Positions 1-8,966 of a DNA stretch of 27,047 nucleotides are shown here, in pieces; the stretch's first letter is position 1, and each line of letters starts with the position of its first letter. The DNA is from a bacterium. Its GTDB lineage: Bacteria; SAR324; NAC60-12. The notes below the pieces were generated by a model. The model had not been told where the DNA came from. It worked only from the letters and a program-made list of their open reading frames with translations, and made no database searches. The translations under genes and the position numbers were made by a program. Location of the stretch: assembly GCA_965233585.1 (NCBI GenBank), contig CBDDTI010000058.1:1-27047 (forward strand), read 5' to 3'.

Positions 1-508
1 GAATAATGCCTTGCACAATCGTCCACATGTCCATGACACCTAGAAGAATGTCCATGTCGCCTCCCATCCTTGGGATCGATTCATTCAATTCAAGGTTATT
101 TAACTTTTTAAGAATATGATCATTGACATGTGTATTTCCATAATTAACCGTCATTATGAAGGGAACTACGAAACAATCAAAAGTAACAAAACCGAACGAT
201 GCCTTAACATGACATCTCACTTTCTGCGATTGTTGTACATTTGTACCATGAAGCGTATTAATGGACAAAGTTACATTTTTATCAAGAGTTTCATGTCTTA
301 CCCCTTTCAAAGCTTTTGTTGTGATGAAAGAAGACGTAGAACCTGTGTCCAATAGAACCCTTAATTTAACATCCTCGGAAGTTCGGCTAGGTACCATTAG
401 TGTGGGGAGCAATTGTGTGGTATTTAAATTAGGGTGTGCTAATTGAAGTTCTCCTCCCAGAGTTCGGCCTGAAAAATTGGTAAAACTATCCGAAATATGA
501 GTAAAAGC
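1..508 (-). pseudogene. pol: BEL/Pao LTR retrotransposon aspartic protease region (partial, cut off at the Polinton TIR, runs off the window)
   Basis: Minus-strand frame is open from 508 to 2 (absent from the ORF track). It reads ...VKLRVLLDTGSTSSFITT...GDMDILLGVMDMW, with the DTG catalytic and DILLGxD motifs of BEL/Pao proteases. Confidence 0.8.
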
Positions 509-509
509 G

Positions 510-1071
510 GATGACATCAGCGGCACATTAGGTGTTTTCGGCCCGATTTCATCTCGAATTTTAAAAATGTGACCTAAATTCATCTAAAAACATCCTGATG
601 CGACCTCGTTGCAAGCAAAATGGCAACTGATGTAACCTAAAACAACCTAAACGCGCCTAAATGCATCCTTCTTTCTTGTGCGTGCATTGCTTTGTCTAAT
701 GCACGCATTGGTTCATCTAATGCTGGCACAAAATTTTTTGTGCCTGCATTGTTTCATCTAATGCAAGCATTGCTTCATGTAATGCAGGCACAAAATTTTT
801 TGTGCCTGCATTGCTTTGTCTAATGCAGGCATTGCTTCATCTAATGCACGCACAAAATTTTTTGTGCGTGCATTAAAAAGTCTGGTGCCTGCATTGCTCT
901 GTCTAATGCTCGCATGAAAAAGTTTATGCTGGCATTAAATTTGTTACGCCTGCATCAAATTTTGTCATGCTGGCATTACTTTTCCTAATGCACGGACCTC
1001 AAATTTAACGCACGCGTAAAAAATTTAGATGTAGGCACTTGAATGTTAGTGGTCCATAGTCGAGTAAATGT
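510..1071 (+). repeat. Left terminal inverted repeat
   Basis: 510-694 is the exact reverse complement of 20598-20782 (185 bp). Similarity continues with substitutions and one indel to ~1071/~20285. Confidence 0.95.
679..1016. repeat. Subterminal phased array of TGCnnGCA palindromes (20-21 bp period, 62 bp higher-order unit)
   Basis: Motif starts at 679,700,721,741,762,783,803,824,845,865,886,907,927,947*,968,989*,1009* (* = degenerate). Confidence 0.9.
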
Positions 1072-1134
1072 GAGAAAAACAAAGTATTGCAAACAATATC
1101 AGGTTTAGTTTTTTATCATTTACCTTGTATTTTT

Positions 1135-2310
1135 TTAAAATTTTTTAATGTTCAATTTAGGAAATTTTTTATAAAATGGATTCTTTTTTATATTTAGTTT
1201 TTGTAATATTACTTGCGCTGGTAATAGTTCCTTTCGCTGCTCGACCTTCAATGGCTTCTTGTAAAACGGGTTTTTTCGTAATTTTTTATTTTTTTTATTG
1301 CGTCTTAATTTTGAAAGTGGTTCATTTTCTTCGTAATTTTTAAAAATATAGGTCTGTTTTCGTCGCTTTTTAGGAATGCCGCTTTCATCTGTGTCATCGG
1401 TGTTTTTTCTCTTGCCCCTAAAAGATGGCAATGTTTTTTTGCTAACCTGTTTCCGACGCTTTGATGGAATGCCACTTTCATCCTTGTCATCGCTGTTTTT
1501 TCTTTTGCCTCGAAAAGACGGCAAAGTTTTTTTGCTAACCTGTTTTCGTCGTTTTAACGGAATGTTGCTTTCATCCTCATCATCAACGTTTTTTCTCTTG
1601 CCACGAAAAGATGGCAAAGGTTCCTTTGTTTTGTTTTTATCGTGCACAATCGCGGCTTTTGCCAATGTTTCCCTTGCTGATCTTTCTTCTTCCAAACTAG
1701 GTCGGTAGTTGTGTTTTTTTCGCAAATGTTCCATAAGGAAATACGGTCTCGTGTAAGTTGCATAGTGACAAAACGAGCATCTAAGTTTTGGTCGAACGTC
1801 ACGCTTTTTCATCGAGATGTTTGATGGTTTGTGGCGTTTAGGTTGTGGCACGCTATCTTGTGGATTTTCCGCTGCATTTCCCCGATGTAAAAGCGATATT
1901 TCCTCTTGATGTGTTACGTTTTTTAGTTCCGATTGATTTACTGGTGGAAAGATGAAATGCGGATCCTCGAGCGGGCTTACGCCTGATGTCGAGGCAGAAG
2001 TGTGTTCATCTTGAGAAAGTTCTTCACTGTTTCGAGCAGTCGCGGATTCCCCCTCAATCAGGCTCGACTGCTCAATATTATTCATCGTATTTACTGAAGT
2101 TGAAACTGTTTTCTTAGAATCTTCTGGTTGTGATTTGTAAGATTTCTGCTGCCCGAATTGAATAGCTTTTTCTATATAATTTGAATCGTTATTTAATCGA
2201 TCTAGTTGATTAACCTTGTCATCTTCGCCTATGACCTCCCTCACGGCTAAGTAAATTCGTTTTGGCACCAGAAACATGGTGTTAATATCATCTTTCTGTT
2301 TCTTTTTCAT
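1135..2310 (-). CDS. Basic protein with a C2H2 zinc finger and three 31-aa NLS-like repeats (putative DNA-binding or core protein)
   Basis: 391-aa ORF. Finger CSFC-x13-HLRKKH, repeats LPSFRGKRKNxDDxDESxIPxKRRKQ, duplicated KNPFYKK at the C-terminus. Confidence 0.75.
   Translation of the reverse strand: MKKKQKDDINTMFLVPKRIYLAVREVIGEDDKVNQLDRLNNDSNYIEKAIQFGQQKSYKSQPEDSKKTVSTSVNTMNNIEQSSLIEGESATARNSEELSQDEHTSASTSGVSPLEDPHFIFPPVNQSELKNVTHQEEISLLHRGNAAENPQDSVPQPKRHKPSNISMKKRDVRPKLRCSFCHYATYTRPYFLMEHLRKKHNYRPSLEEERSARETLAKAAIVHDKNKTKEPLPSFRGKRKNVDDEDESNIPLKRRKQVSKKTLPSFRGKRKNSDDKDESGIPSKRRKQVSKKTLPSFRGKRKNTDDTDESGIPKKRRKQTYIFKNYEENEPLSKLRRNKKNKKLRKNPFYKKPLKVEQRKELLPAQVILQKLNIKKNPFYKKFPKLNIKKF
1354..1617. 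repeat. 93-bp coding tandem repeat, ~2.8 copies
   Basis: Units start at 1354, 1447 and 1540 and encode the 31-aa repeat. Confidence 0.9.
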
Positions 2311-2660
2311 TTTGTAATAAGTTGAGTAATTAGAGGTATTACAGCGCTAGCAATAGCCGTTAAAACCCCGATTATACCACCTCTTTGTAAAATTCGTTTC
2401 TTTTTACAAATATCTCGACTATTGCGAGGGTAATTCGACAGTTTTTTAAAGTCAGGTAAATGACAACCGATTTTTGACCTTAACTTTGCTCGTACGTGTT
2501 TACTTAAAGTAAACTCCCCGTTTAAAACGTAGTGAATTATTCGACACAGTGTATAGATACCTTCCTCGTTTAAACACGCAATAAAATTAGCACAGTCACG
2601 ACCTTTTAAATTTTTAACCCCGTTCAAAAGAGAAACCGCTTTTTCCAGTGATCTCGACAT
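2307..2660 (-). CDS. Small conserved Polinton protein (PW-like) with C-terminal QRGG and a hydrophobic helix
   Basis: 117 aa ending KKKRILQRGG-IIGVLTAIASAVIPLITQL, the pattern of the small basic protein found next to Polinton ATPases. Confidence 0.75.
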   Translation of the reverse strand: MSRSLEKAVSLLNGVKNLKGRDCANFIACLNEEGIYTLCRIIHYVLNGEFTLSKHVRAKLRSKIGCHLPDFKKLSNYPRNSRDICKKKRILQRGGIIGVLTAIASAVIPLITQLITK

Positions 2661-2690
2661 TTACCTTTTAAACAAATGATTCCGGCATTC

Positions 2691-3377
2691 TTACGTGCGC
2701 ACGTTGTACGCCCTTGTTGGCTGTTCGTCGGGGAAAATATGACTTCTTAATCGAACTGAATTATTTTGCTGCTGATGAAAATCAAGCAGTAAATAGCTAT
2801 AAGGTCTTTCGCTGGTTGCTGTCACATATGCTTCGTTTAGCAGATGCACGTTACCCGGAAACACCTGTTTAGCTAGGTTTGAGACGGCGCTACGGTCTCT
2901 CGGATTGTTGAATAAAATCATGTATTGTGAGTTGATGCTGAGCATTCTGAGCTCGCTTTTGGCGCTAAACATGTTCTGACACAAAAAAACTGTCAGACAA
3001 TTATAATGATGTGTTAAAACCGTGAAAAAGTGCTTTAGCACTGATCCTACTTCATCAAGAAAATCATCGAAAATCACAATCTTCGGAAGAGTTCTAGGAA
3101 ACATTTCCAGTATATCTTTCATGTCTTCAACTGATTCCGGCATGGATGAAAATTTGCAAAACCTTTTCTCTCGCGCGTCATTGTTCATCCACCGCTCCAT
3201 ATCAGCATAGGCGGGTTGAAATTCTTTGTAAAATAAAATCATACATTCCGGAACAGGCGAGCACATTATGCCTCTATTTTCAACCAGTTTTTTTAGCCAT
3301 GACGTTTTTCCGCAAGAGGTGGGGCCAACCGCGAGTAAGTTGGATGGAAGCTTAAAACGCAAATCAAAACCGTCCAT
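2691..3377 (-). CDS. A32-like (FtsK-HerA) genome-packaging ATPase
   Basis: Walker A GPTSCGKT, Walker B IVIFDD, plus LCQN and LRMLSINSQY motifs. First ATG is at 3377 (the ORF track starts at GTG 3395). Confidence 0.93.
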   Translation of the reverse strand: MDGFDLRFKLPSNLLAVGPTSCGKTSWLKKLVENRGIMCSPVPECMILFYKEFQPAYADMERWMNNDAREKRFCKFSSMPESVEDMKDILEMFPRTLPKIVIFDDFLDEVGSVLKHFFTVLTHHYNCLTVFLCQNMFSAKSELRMLSINSQYMILFNNPRDRSAVSNLAKQVFPGNVHLLNEAYVTATSERPYSYLLLDFHQQQNNSVRLRSHIFPDEQPTRAYNVRT

Positions 3378-3438
3378 GTTTTTGTTTTTTACCACAGAAA
3401 AAAGGACAAAATATTGTCATCAATTTTTAACAATATAT

Positions 3439-6400
3439 TTATTTGATTTTCTTACATTCATGTTTATGGCATTTTTTTATGTTACAACTTCCCAAGGCCA
3501 AAGTGCACTTTCCACAAGAAAGCACATAACGTTTGGTGTCCATGGCGGATAGAGCAATTTTTCGTTGGTAGGTTGTAGATATTCTGTGATTCTTTGATTT
3601 AATATTTACAAGTGGCTTATATACCATGGATGATTCGGTTAAGCATTTTTTATAATCGTCAAAAGTCAAGTGATTCTTAATACTAGTTTTTTTGAGGCCC
3701 TTACAAATTTTCTTCACGCTGGCTCCTCTGGTTTTCAAGTCTTTGACTGTCATGCTGTAACATTTCGGCCTCAAGCCAATAAATTCTGTGATTGCTGCTT
3801 TTCCTTTTAGCTCGTCTTTAAAGTAAAACAAATGGTTGGCTCTGCTATCGTCAAACAACTCATGATCTTTATCGTATTTAGAGAAGTCAAACATGTGTTC
3901 CATTTTTTTCAACTTTTCAACTAGATTTTGGCATTTTACTTGAAATAGAAACGAGTCTGTGTCTGAAAAGCATAGCTTTAGATTCTCCGTTCCAAAGTAA
4001 CGTCTAAATTTGTCGTATGATCGATACATGTAAAGTTTGGATAGTTCCAAAATTGCAAATCCTACCGCCAGAGGTTTCTTCATTTCAATCACGGCCGGTT
4101 TTTTCATGACAGCCACAAGGTTTTCGTTTATGACTTTTATATTTGAAACATGTTGACCAACGCAAGTCTGTCTTAGTTTCTTTTCATTGTGACACAACAC
4201 GACTTCGATGTAGTTTCGCGCGTTCTCTGCAAACAAAAAAATAATTGTTATTGTTAAAAAAATAGGGTCAATACTTTTTTACCTATAAATTTGCCGAACG
4301 TTGAATTGGCAAACAACTTGAAAAGACGTAATTCAAAATCAGTTTTCGCCTCTGACCTCAATTTTGTAATTTTTGTGATGAAGTTTTTCAAAAAGTCTTT
4401 TTGCTCAAACTTGACCGCTCGTCTGATTTTCGTAAGCTTCAGTCCTCGCCTCAAATAATACTTTAAATTATCTAACAAGACGACATATTTACGACGTGGG
4501 TAGAATGTGGCGAGAAGTTTTCGCGAGCTGTAACGTTTGTTTTTGTAATCTGATGGGCAGTGCTTCTTCAAAAGTTGTTTGTTAAACGGTGAAAGATCTT
4601 CATAGTTTATTGTGTCAGTGTAAGGGGCCAGAGGAAATTGATCATCTCTCTGCAAATAAAATATTTAATTTTTTTTCTAACCATAGGTGCTTTACAAAAA
4701 AAATTTTTTACCGTGTGATATTTTTCAGGATAGAGTAAATCCACTTCGAAAGCATAGCCGATCTTGCTTTGTGAAGGTAATTTTAAAATATCGGCATCTG
4801 TCCATGTTTTTATCTCCTTTTTTGACACCCACTTAAAATTACCTACCGGCAGCATGTGTGTCTCCATGCTGCCGTAAAGATTATTAGCTGAAATGTAATG
4901 TAATTTTAATCAATCTTTTTCAGTGCTTTATAAAAATATTACCATCTACATATAGTAAATGCTCGCCATTGACTTTTGGATCGGCCTGACCCATTGCATG
5001 TCTAGTGGCTATAAAACTTTGCCCCCCTCTAATGCCGCGTGTAAAAAACTGTTCCATTGCCGGATCGTGAAACAAGTCTAACGAGCCTGGTGGTTTTGAC
5101 ATTAAATCCGGTCTAATCTCTTCTTCATCTTTTCTTTCTTCATTCTGAAACATTTTAAGCATAATGTCGAAAGACAAGCCGGGTATGCCTAAATAGTAGA
5201 TTGGATCCAACTCGAAGTGTGACATCACCATTTCTCGATACTTTACAAAAATCTCGGCAAGCAAAATTACGTCCAGTCCGCAGTATAACTTCATGTAATC
5301 GTCCATATTTTTACAATTGAAGAACTTGAACACGTCAAAGCCGTGCTTATGATCTTCTGACGAGATGCCGACTTCGTTCAATCTTGAATAGAAAGCGTCT
5401 TTTTCCGGGAATTGACTGTTTTTAATCGAGTCATATGAAGAAAAGTATTCATACGGATACACTCCTTTTCTTTTCAATAATTTTAATCCTTTAGGCTTTT
5501 GTCGCGCCCACAACCTCTTGTAAGGCTCAAATTGTTTAAGAATAGGGAAGGTAAACGTCTCATCCTTGCACAAATCTGTCATGAGCGCTTCCAGACTAGA
5601 CGGCACGTGCTCTAGAGAATCTCTAATTTGAAATTTTCCAATAGTGATTGTCCGGAACTTTTCCTGGTTGCTTGCCATAAGATCCGACGCTCTATCCAGT
5701 TTTTCCACCAGTAGATTTATGTCATATCTAGAAATAAAAATTTATTTACTTGACTCTCACCAATCGAGATTTTTAAATTTCTACATCTGATACAAAAGAA
5801 CAATACTCACCCTTTCGCGTTGTGAAAGTATATAGGTGTTCTGAAAGGCCCCTGTCGTTGTAGATTGCAAATAGAATGTGCTGCTTGAAGAATGTTTCCG
5901 GTGACATGATCATGATCGACCACTTTTTTATATAATCGCGAGAACGGATCAAATTCTTTTTTGCAAATATGACAAAACGTAGCAGCGTGGTACTCTTTCC
6001 ATTCATTCTTGCTCGCTATAATTTGTGATGTGTTTCTGAAACGTTGCTTTCGAGCTTCCACTAGTTTTTCAAAATGATCCAGCTTTGATAAAAAATTTTC
6101 AACAGCGTCTTTTCCACTGTATGTCTCTTGATAAAATACTTCATTCTCCGAATCCACAAAACAAATTGAATAGCCGCAAGCCAGATGTTTGCTTAGTTCA
6201 ACAGAACCCGACACTTGACATCCGCATGTCACCCACACTTTTCCACATGTTTTACATTTTTCTGCTTCTTGCTCAGATTTTTCCATAAAACACTCAAAAT
6301 CAGCAAATCCTACCACTGGTGCTTTGAATGCATTTCTCTGTTTATCAAAATTCAAAACACTGCCTTTTTCAGGATAAATCACCTCTTGTTTATCTTTTTG

Positions 6401-7006
6401 ACAGATCTTCTCGTGTGCTTTTTGTTTCTTGAGCGAACGAAAATCCCTCAAACAGCTGTCACAAAAATAAAACTGACTTCTACTCCCTCTTTGTCCACCC
6501 CTTATGGATTTTCGGTTGTTCAGAAAGCCATTTAAATTAGTAATGGTGAAAAAGTGGTGCTGATGCTCAAGGTCTTTTAAGTTAGAAATACCATTTACGT
6601 CAATGCTGTCTTTATCGGCTGATGAAATTTGACAATCGCTTTTAATCATTAGCAGATTTAACGTATTTTTGTTCCTATTTTTCTCACCAGTTCTATTTGA
6701 GAAGATGTCTAGAACACTCAGTTGATATTCTCCTTCAAAAAGAACTCTTATACGCAGGGGTAGGTGCTTGTTTATTTGCACAAATTTGCTGATCTGGCTA
6801 AACTGTAGGGGAAAGGTCAGACCTTGCAAGTTAAATTTCTTTACATACTCTTTTGGAATTTTTTCGCAATGTCTGATGTTCGCCGTTTCCGGCCAAAGAT
6901 GCCCTATCACACAATATAGGAAATTTTTCTCATCATATTTTTTGTTCCATATAACACTTCGAGACTTTAATAAATACTCAGGCACGTTTACAGAGTCACT
7001 ATTCAT
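3439..7006 (-). CDS. polB: Protein-primed family B DNA polymerase, 5 exons (7006-5811, 5727-4943, 4887-4712, 4649-4283, 4226-3439), 1103 aa spliced
   Basis: ExoI FADFEC. Splicing restores ExoII FHNAKG|YD, motif A YVD|ANNLYG, YPEKYHT|RDDQFPLAP and motif B KLFANSTFGKFI|EN. Motif C SDTDSF and a later KCY motif are present. Exons sum to 3312 nt, in frame. Confidence 0.93.
4227..4282 (-). other. pPolB intron 4 (56 nt, GT-AG)
   Basis: ATAG|gtaaaa...tttgtttgcag|AGAAC joins FGKFI to ENARN. Confidence 0.88.
4650..4711 (-). other. pPolB intron 3 (62 nt, GT-AG)
   Basis: CACACG|gtaaaa...ttatttgcag|AGAGAT, phase 0. Confidence 0.85.
4888..4942 (-). other. pPolB intron 2 (55 nt, GT-AG)
   Basis: GATG|gtaata...catttcag|CTAATAAT restores the catalytic DANNLYG. 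Confidence 0.9.
5728..5810 (-). other. pPolB intron 1 (83 nt, GT-AG)
   Basis: AAAGG|gtgagt...ttatttctag|ATATGAC restores HNAKGYD. Confidence 0.92.
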
Positions 7007-7008
7007 TT

Positions 7009-7641
7009 TTAAAAAATGCTGCTACAGTCATAAATCAAAACACTGCAACTTTGGAGTCGAGCAAATCGCCAACCAGAGCCTCTAGTTAACAAATCGTCTT
7101 CCCTCTCTACTGATCCATTCAAAAGAGACTTTATCCTTTTACGAATTTGTCTATCACTTTGATATCTGTTAACTACAACGCCCTTCGACCTTAATGTGAA
7201 AGAATCGATGTCGATGCTTTTCCCCTGATTTTCTTCACTTAATCCGAGTATTTCGTAATCCGCTGTGATTGTTATACTTATCCGACAAACCACTCGATGA
7301 GTAAATTGACTTTTTAAAAGATTAAACACATTCTCGACCGTTTGCTTTGAGTTGCAAAAATCTTGCAAAGAGCTATTTAAATGCGACAGTTCTTGTTGAA
7401 AAATACAAACTTTGTTGCTGACAGCTCCTTGCCTTTTTGAAAATACTTTAGATTCCTCGTGATTTGAGTCAACGTGAAGCAATAACTCTTTTTTATCTTC
7501 ATATTTACTTTCGCAAAAAGGACACTTTTTTAAATCGCGGCCTCCCTGTTTTGAGTGATTTCCGTGTTTAAATTTTTGATGATAGGCAAGTCGACTTTTT
7601 CTGGAAAATGATATCTGGCACGTTTCACACTTGTGCGTCAT
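7009..7641 (-). CDS. Two C2H2 zinc fingers plus a GSGW-containing segment, likely the N-terminal part of pPolB
   Basis: Fingers CETC..HQKFKH and CPFC..HVDSNH. C-terminal RGSGWRF matches the GSGW motif of Polinton pPolB N-termini. The stop lies 2 nt before the pPolB ATG. Confidence 0.75.
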   Translation of the reverse strand: MTHKCETCQISFSRKSRLAYHQKFKHGNHSKQGGRDLKKCPFCESKYEDKKELLLHVDSNHEESKVFSKRQGAVSNKVCIFQQELSHLNSSLQDFCNSKQTVENVFNLLKSQFTHRVVCRISITITADYEILGLSEENQGKSIDIDSFTLRSKGVVVNRYQSDRQIRKRIKSLLNGSVEREDDLLTRGSGWRFARLQSCSVLIYDCSSIF

Positions 7642-7738
7642 TCTTTTTTCCCTGCTTTTGGACTTTTTTTCTGTAAAAATAAAAAAGTAAAAAATTGTTC
7701 AATCTTTAAATTTTATGTACAGAATTAATTTTTTATAT

Positions 7739-8584
7739 TTACAATAAATTATTGGCGCTTTCAACAATATCGCGCACTTCCGTTAAATTTTTTTTATACA
7801 AGTCCCGTATTGACGGGTTGGAAAAAAGAATTTCCCCCTGCGACTCGTAAAATACGAGCAGAGGGGAAACTTTACTAATAATAGTACGTAGTTTGTCTGA
7901 AAAAAAACGAAATTCAGGGTAAGGGCGGTTAACCCTCAGGTCGAGCCCTACACCCCCGTTTGACACCGAATTGAAATTTCTAATTGCTGCTCTTGACATT
8001 GCCACGCCCGGTAAACGTGTCACCCTTGCTCCTCGCGGTTCGGGGATTACGAGCCGCGGTGGAGCCGCAAAAAGTGGTGACGTCCTTGGTGCGGGACGGA
8101 TCGGTCTTAGTTGTGCCCGCAAAGACCTCGTGTCGCAAATAAATGGGGATTGTGCAACGGAAACAACAGCTGGAGATGGGGTTGATAGTCTTGATGGGGC
8201 CGGAGTTGGAGGACCCGGCAAGAACCCAACCTGCTGAAGCGGGGCAGGCAAAGAATAAATAGGAGATGGCACGGGTGAAGAAAGTGCTGAGGGTGTGTAA
8301 TACGCCGGTGTAAACGACGTATTAGGTGTTGAGGTCAAAAGAGGCTGAGTTTGAAGTGTCTCAGTCCTTATTGAAAAAAATGAGGAAGAAAGTGAGACAG
8401 GCGGAGAGGATGAAGGCAGGGCAATTGTAGAGGAGGCAGATGGTTGCGTTCCATCATCAACACTCGTTATGGGCGTAAGAAGCTCGACCGAGGCCCGATC
8501 CGTAGGTGTTTTTCTTCCTAGCCTTAATTTTAAAGCCGCACACCTTTTCATGCTGACCAATTTTGTCTCCTTGTCTTTCGGCAT
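7739..8584 (-). CDS. Hypothetical Pro/Ser-rich protein with a helical-looking C-terminus
   Basis: 281-aa ATG ORF, more GC-rich than its AT-rich flanks. No recognisable family. Confidence 0.65.
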   Translation of the reverse strand: MPKDKETKLVSMKRCAALKLRLGRKTPTDRASVELLTPITSVDDGTQPSASSTIALPSSSPPVSLSSSFFSIRTETLQTQPLLTSTPNTSFTPAYYTPSALSSPVPSPIYSLPAPLQQVGFLPGPPTPAPSRLSTPSPAVVSVAQSPFICDTRSLRAQLRPIRPAPRTSPLFAAPPRLVIPEPRGARVTRLPGVAMSRAAIRNFNSVSNGGVGLDLRVNRPYPEFRFFSDKLRTIISKVSPLLVFYESQGEILFSNPSIRDLYKKNLTEVRDIVESANNLL

Positions 8585-8948
8585 TGTCTAGAAAGCAAGG
8601 TGTTTGAAATGTGGTAAAAATTTTTTGCGCAAGCTCTTTTCTAGATTTAAAAAAATTTAAAAGACTTAAATAAACTCGAGATTAAAATATTTTCAAAAAA
8701 ATTTTATGTTTTAATTTTTGTAAACTTTTTTGTCTACTTACGATTTTTTAGAAGTTTTTTTTTAAAAGATAAAACCAGATCTTTTCTGTTCCAGTCTTGA
8801 TTTTTGAATGACTCCTTTTCCAAAAAAGGGTCAAACATGAAAACTTTTAAATTATAAAAAAGGCGCAAAAATTAAACTCAATTTTTGAAAGATCATTAAT
8901 TTTTTAGGAAAAAATTTGGTCCTCTCTTGTAAATCCTTTTATCCGCGG

Positions 8949-8966
8949 CAACCTGACGTCAGGTTG
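8949..8966. promoter_or_regulatory. Perfect 18-bp palindrome with a CRE core in the divergent intergenic region
   Basis: CAACCTGACGTCAGGTTG is its own reverse complement. TGACGTCA is the CREB/ATF consensus. Function is inferred. Confidence 0.45.

Noticed and set aside
116..446. Two short + strand ORFs
   Set aside because: They are antisense shadows of the minus-strand BEL/Pao protease frame.
679..1016. CRISPR-like appearance of the palindrome array
   Set aside because: The repeat is only 8 bp with 12-13 bp recurring spacers, there are no cas genes, and the array lies inside a eukaryotic TIR.
3439..7006. pPolB as a pseudogene or as five separate genes
   Set aside because: Every gap is a GT-AG intron whose removal restores the frame and conserved motifs.
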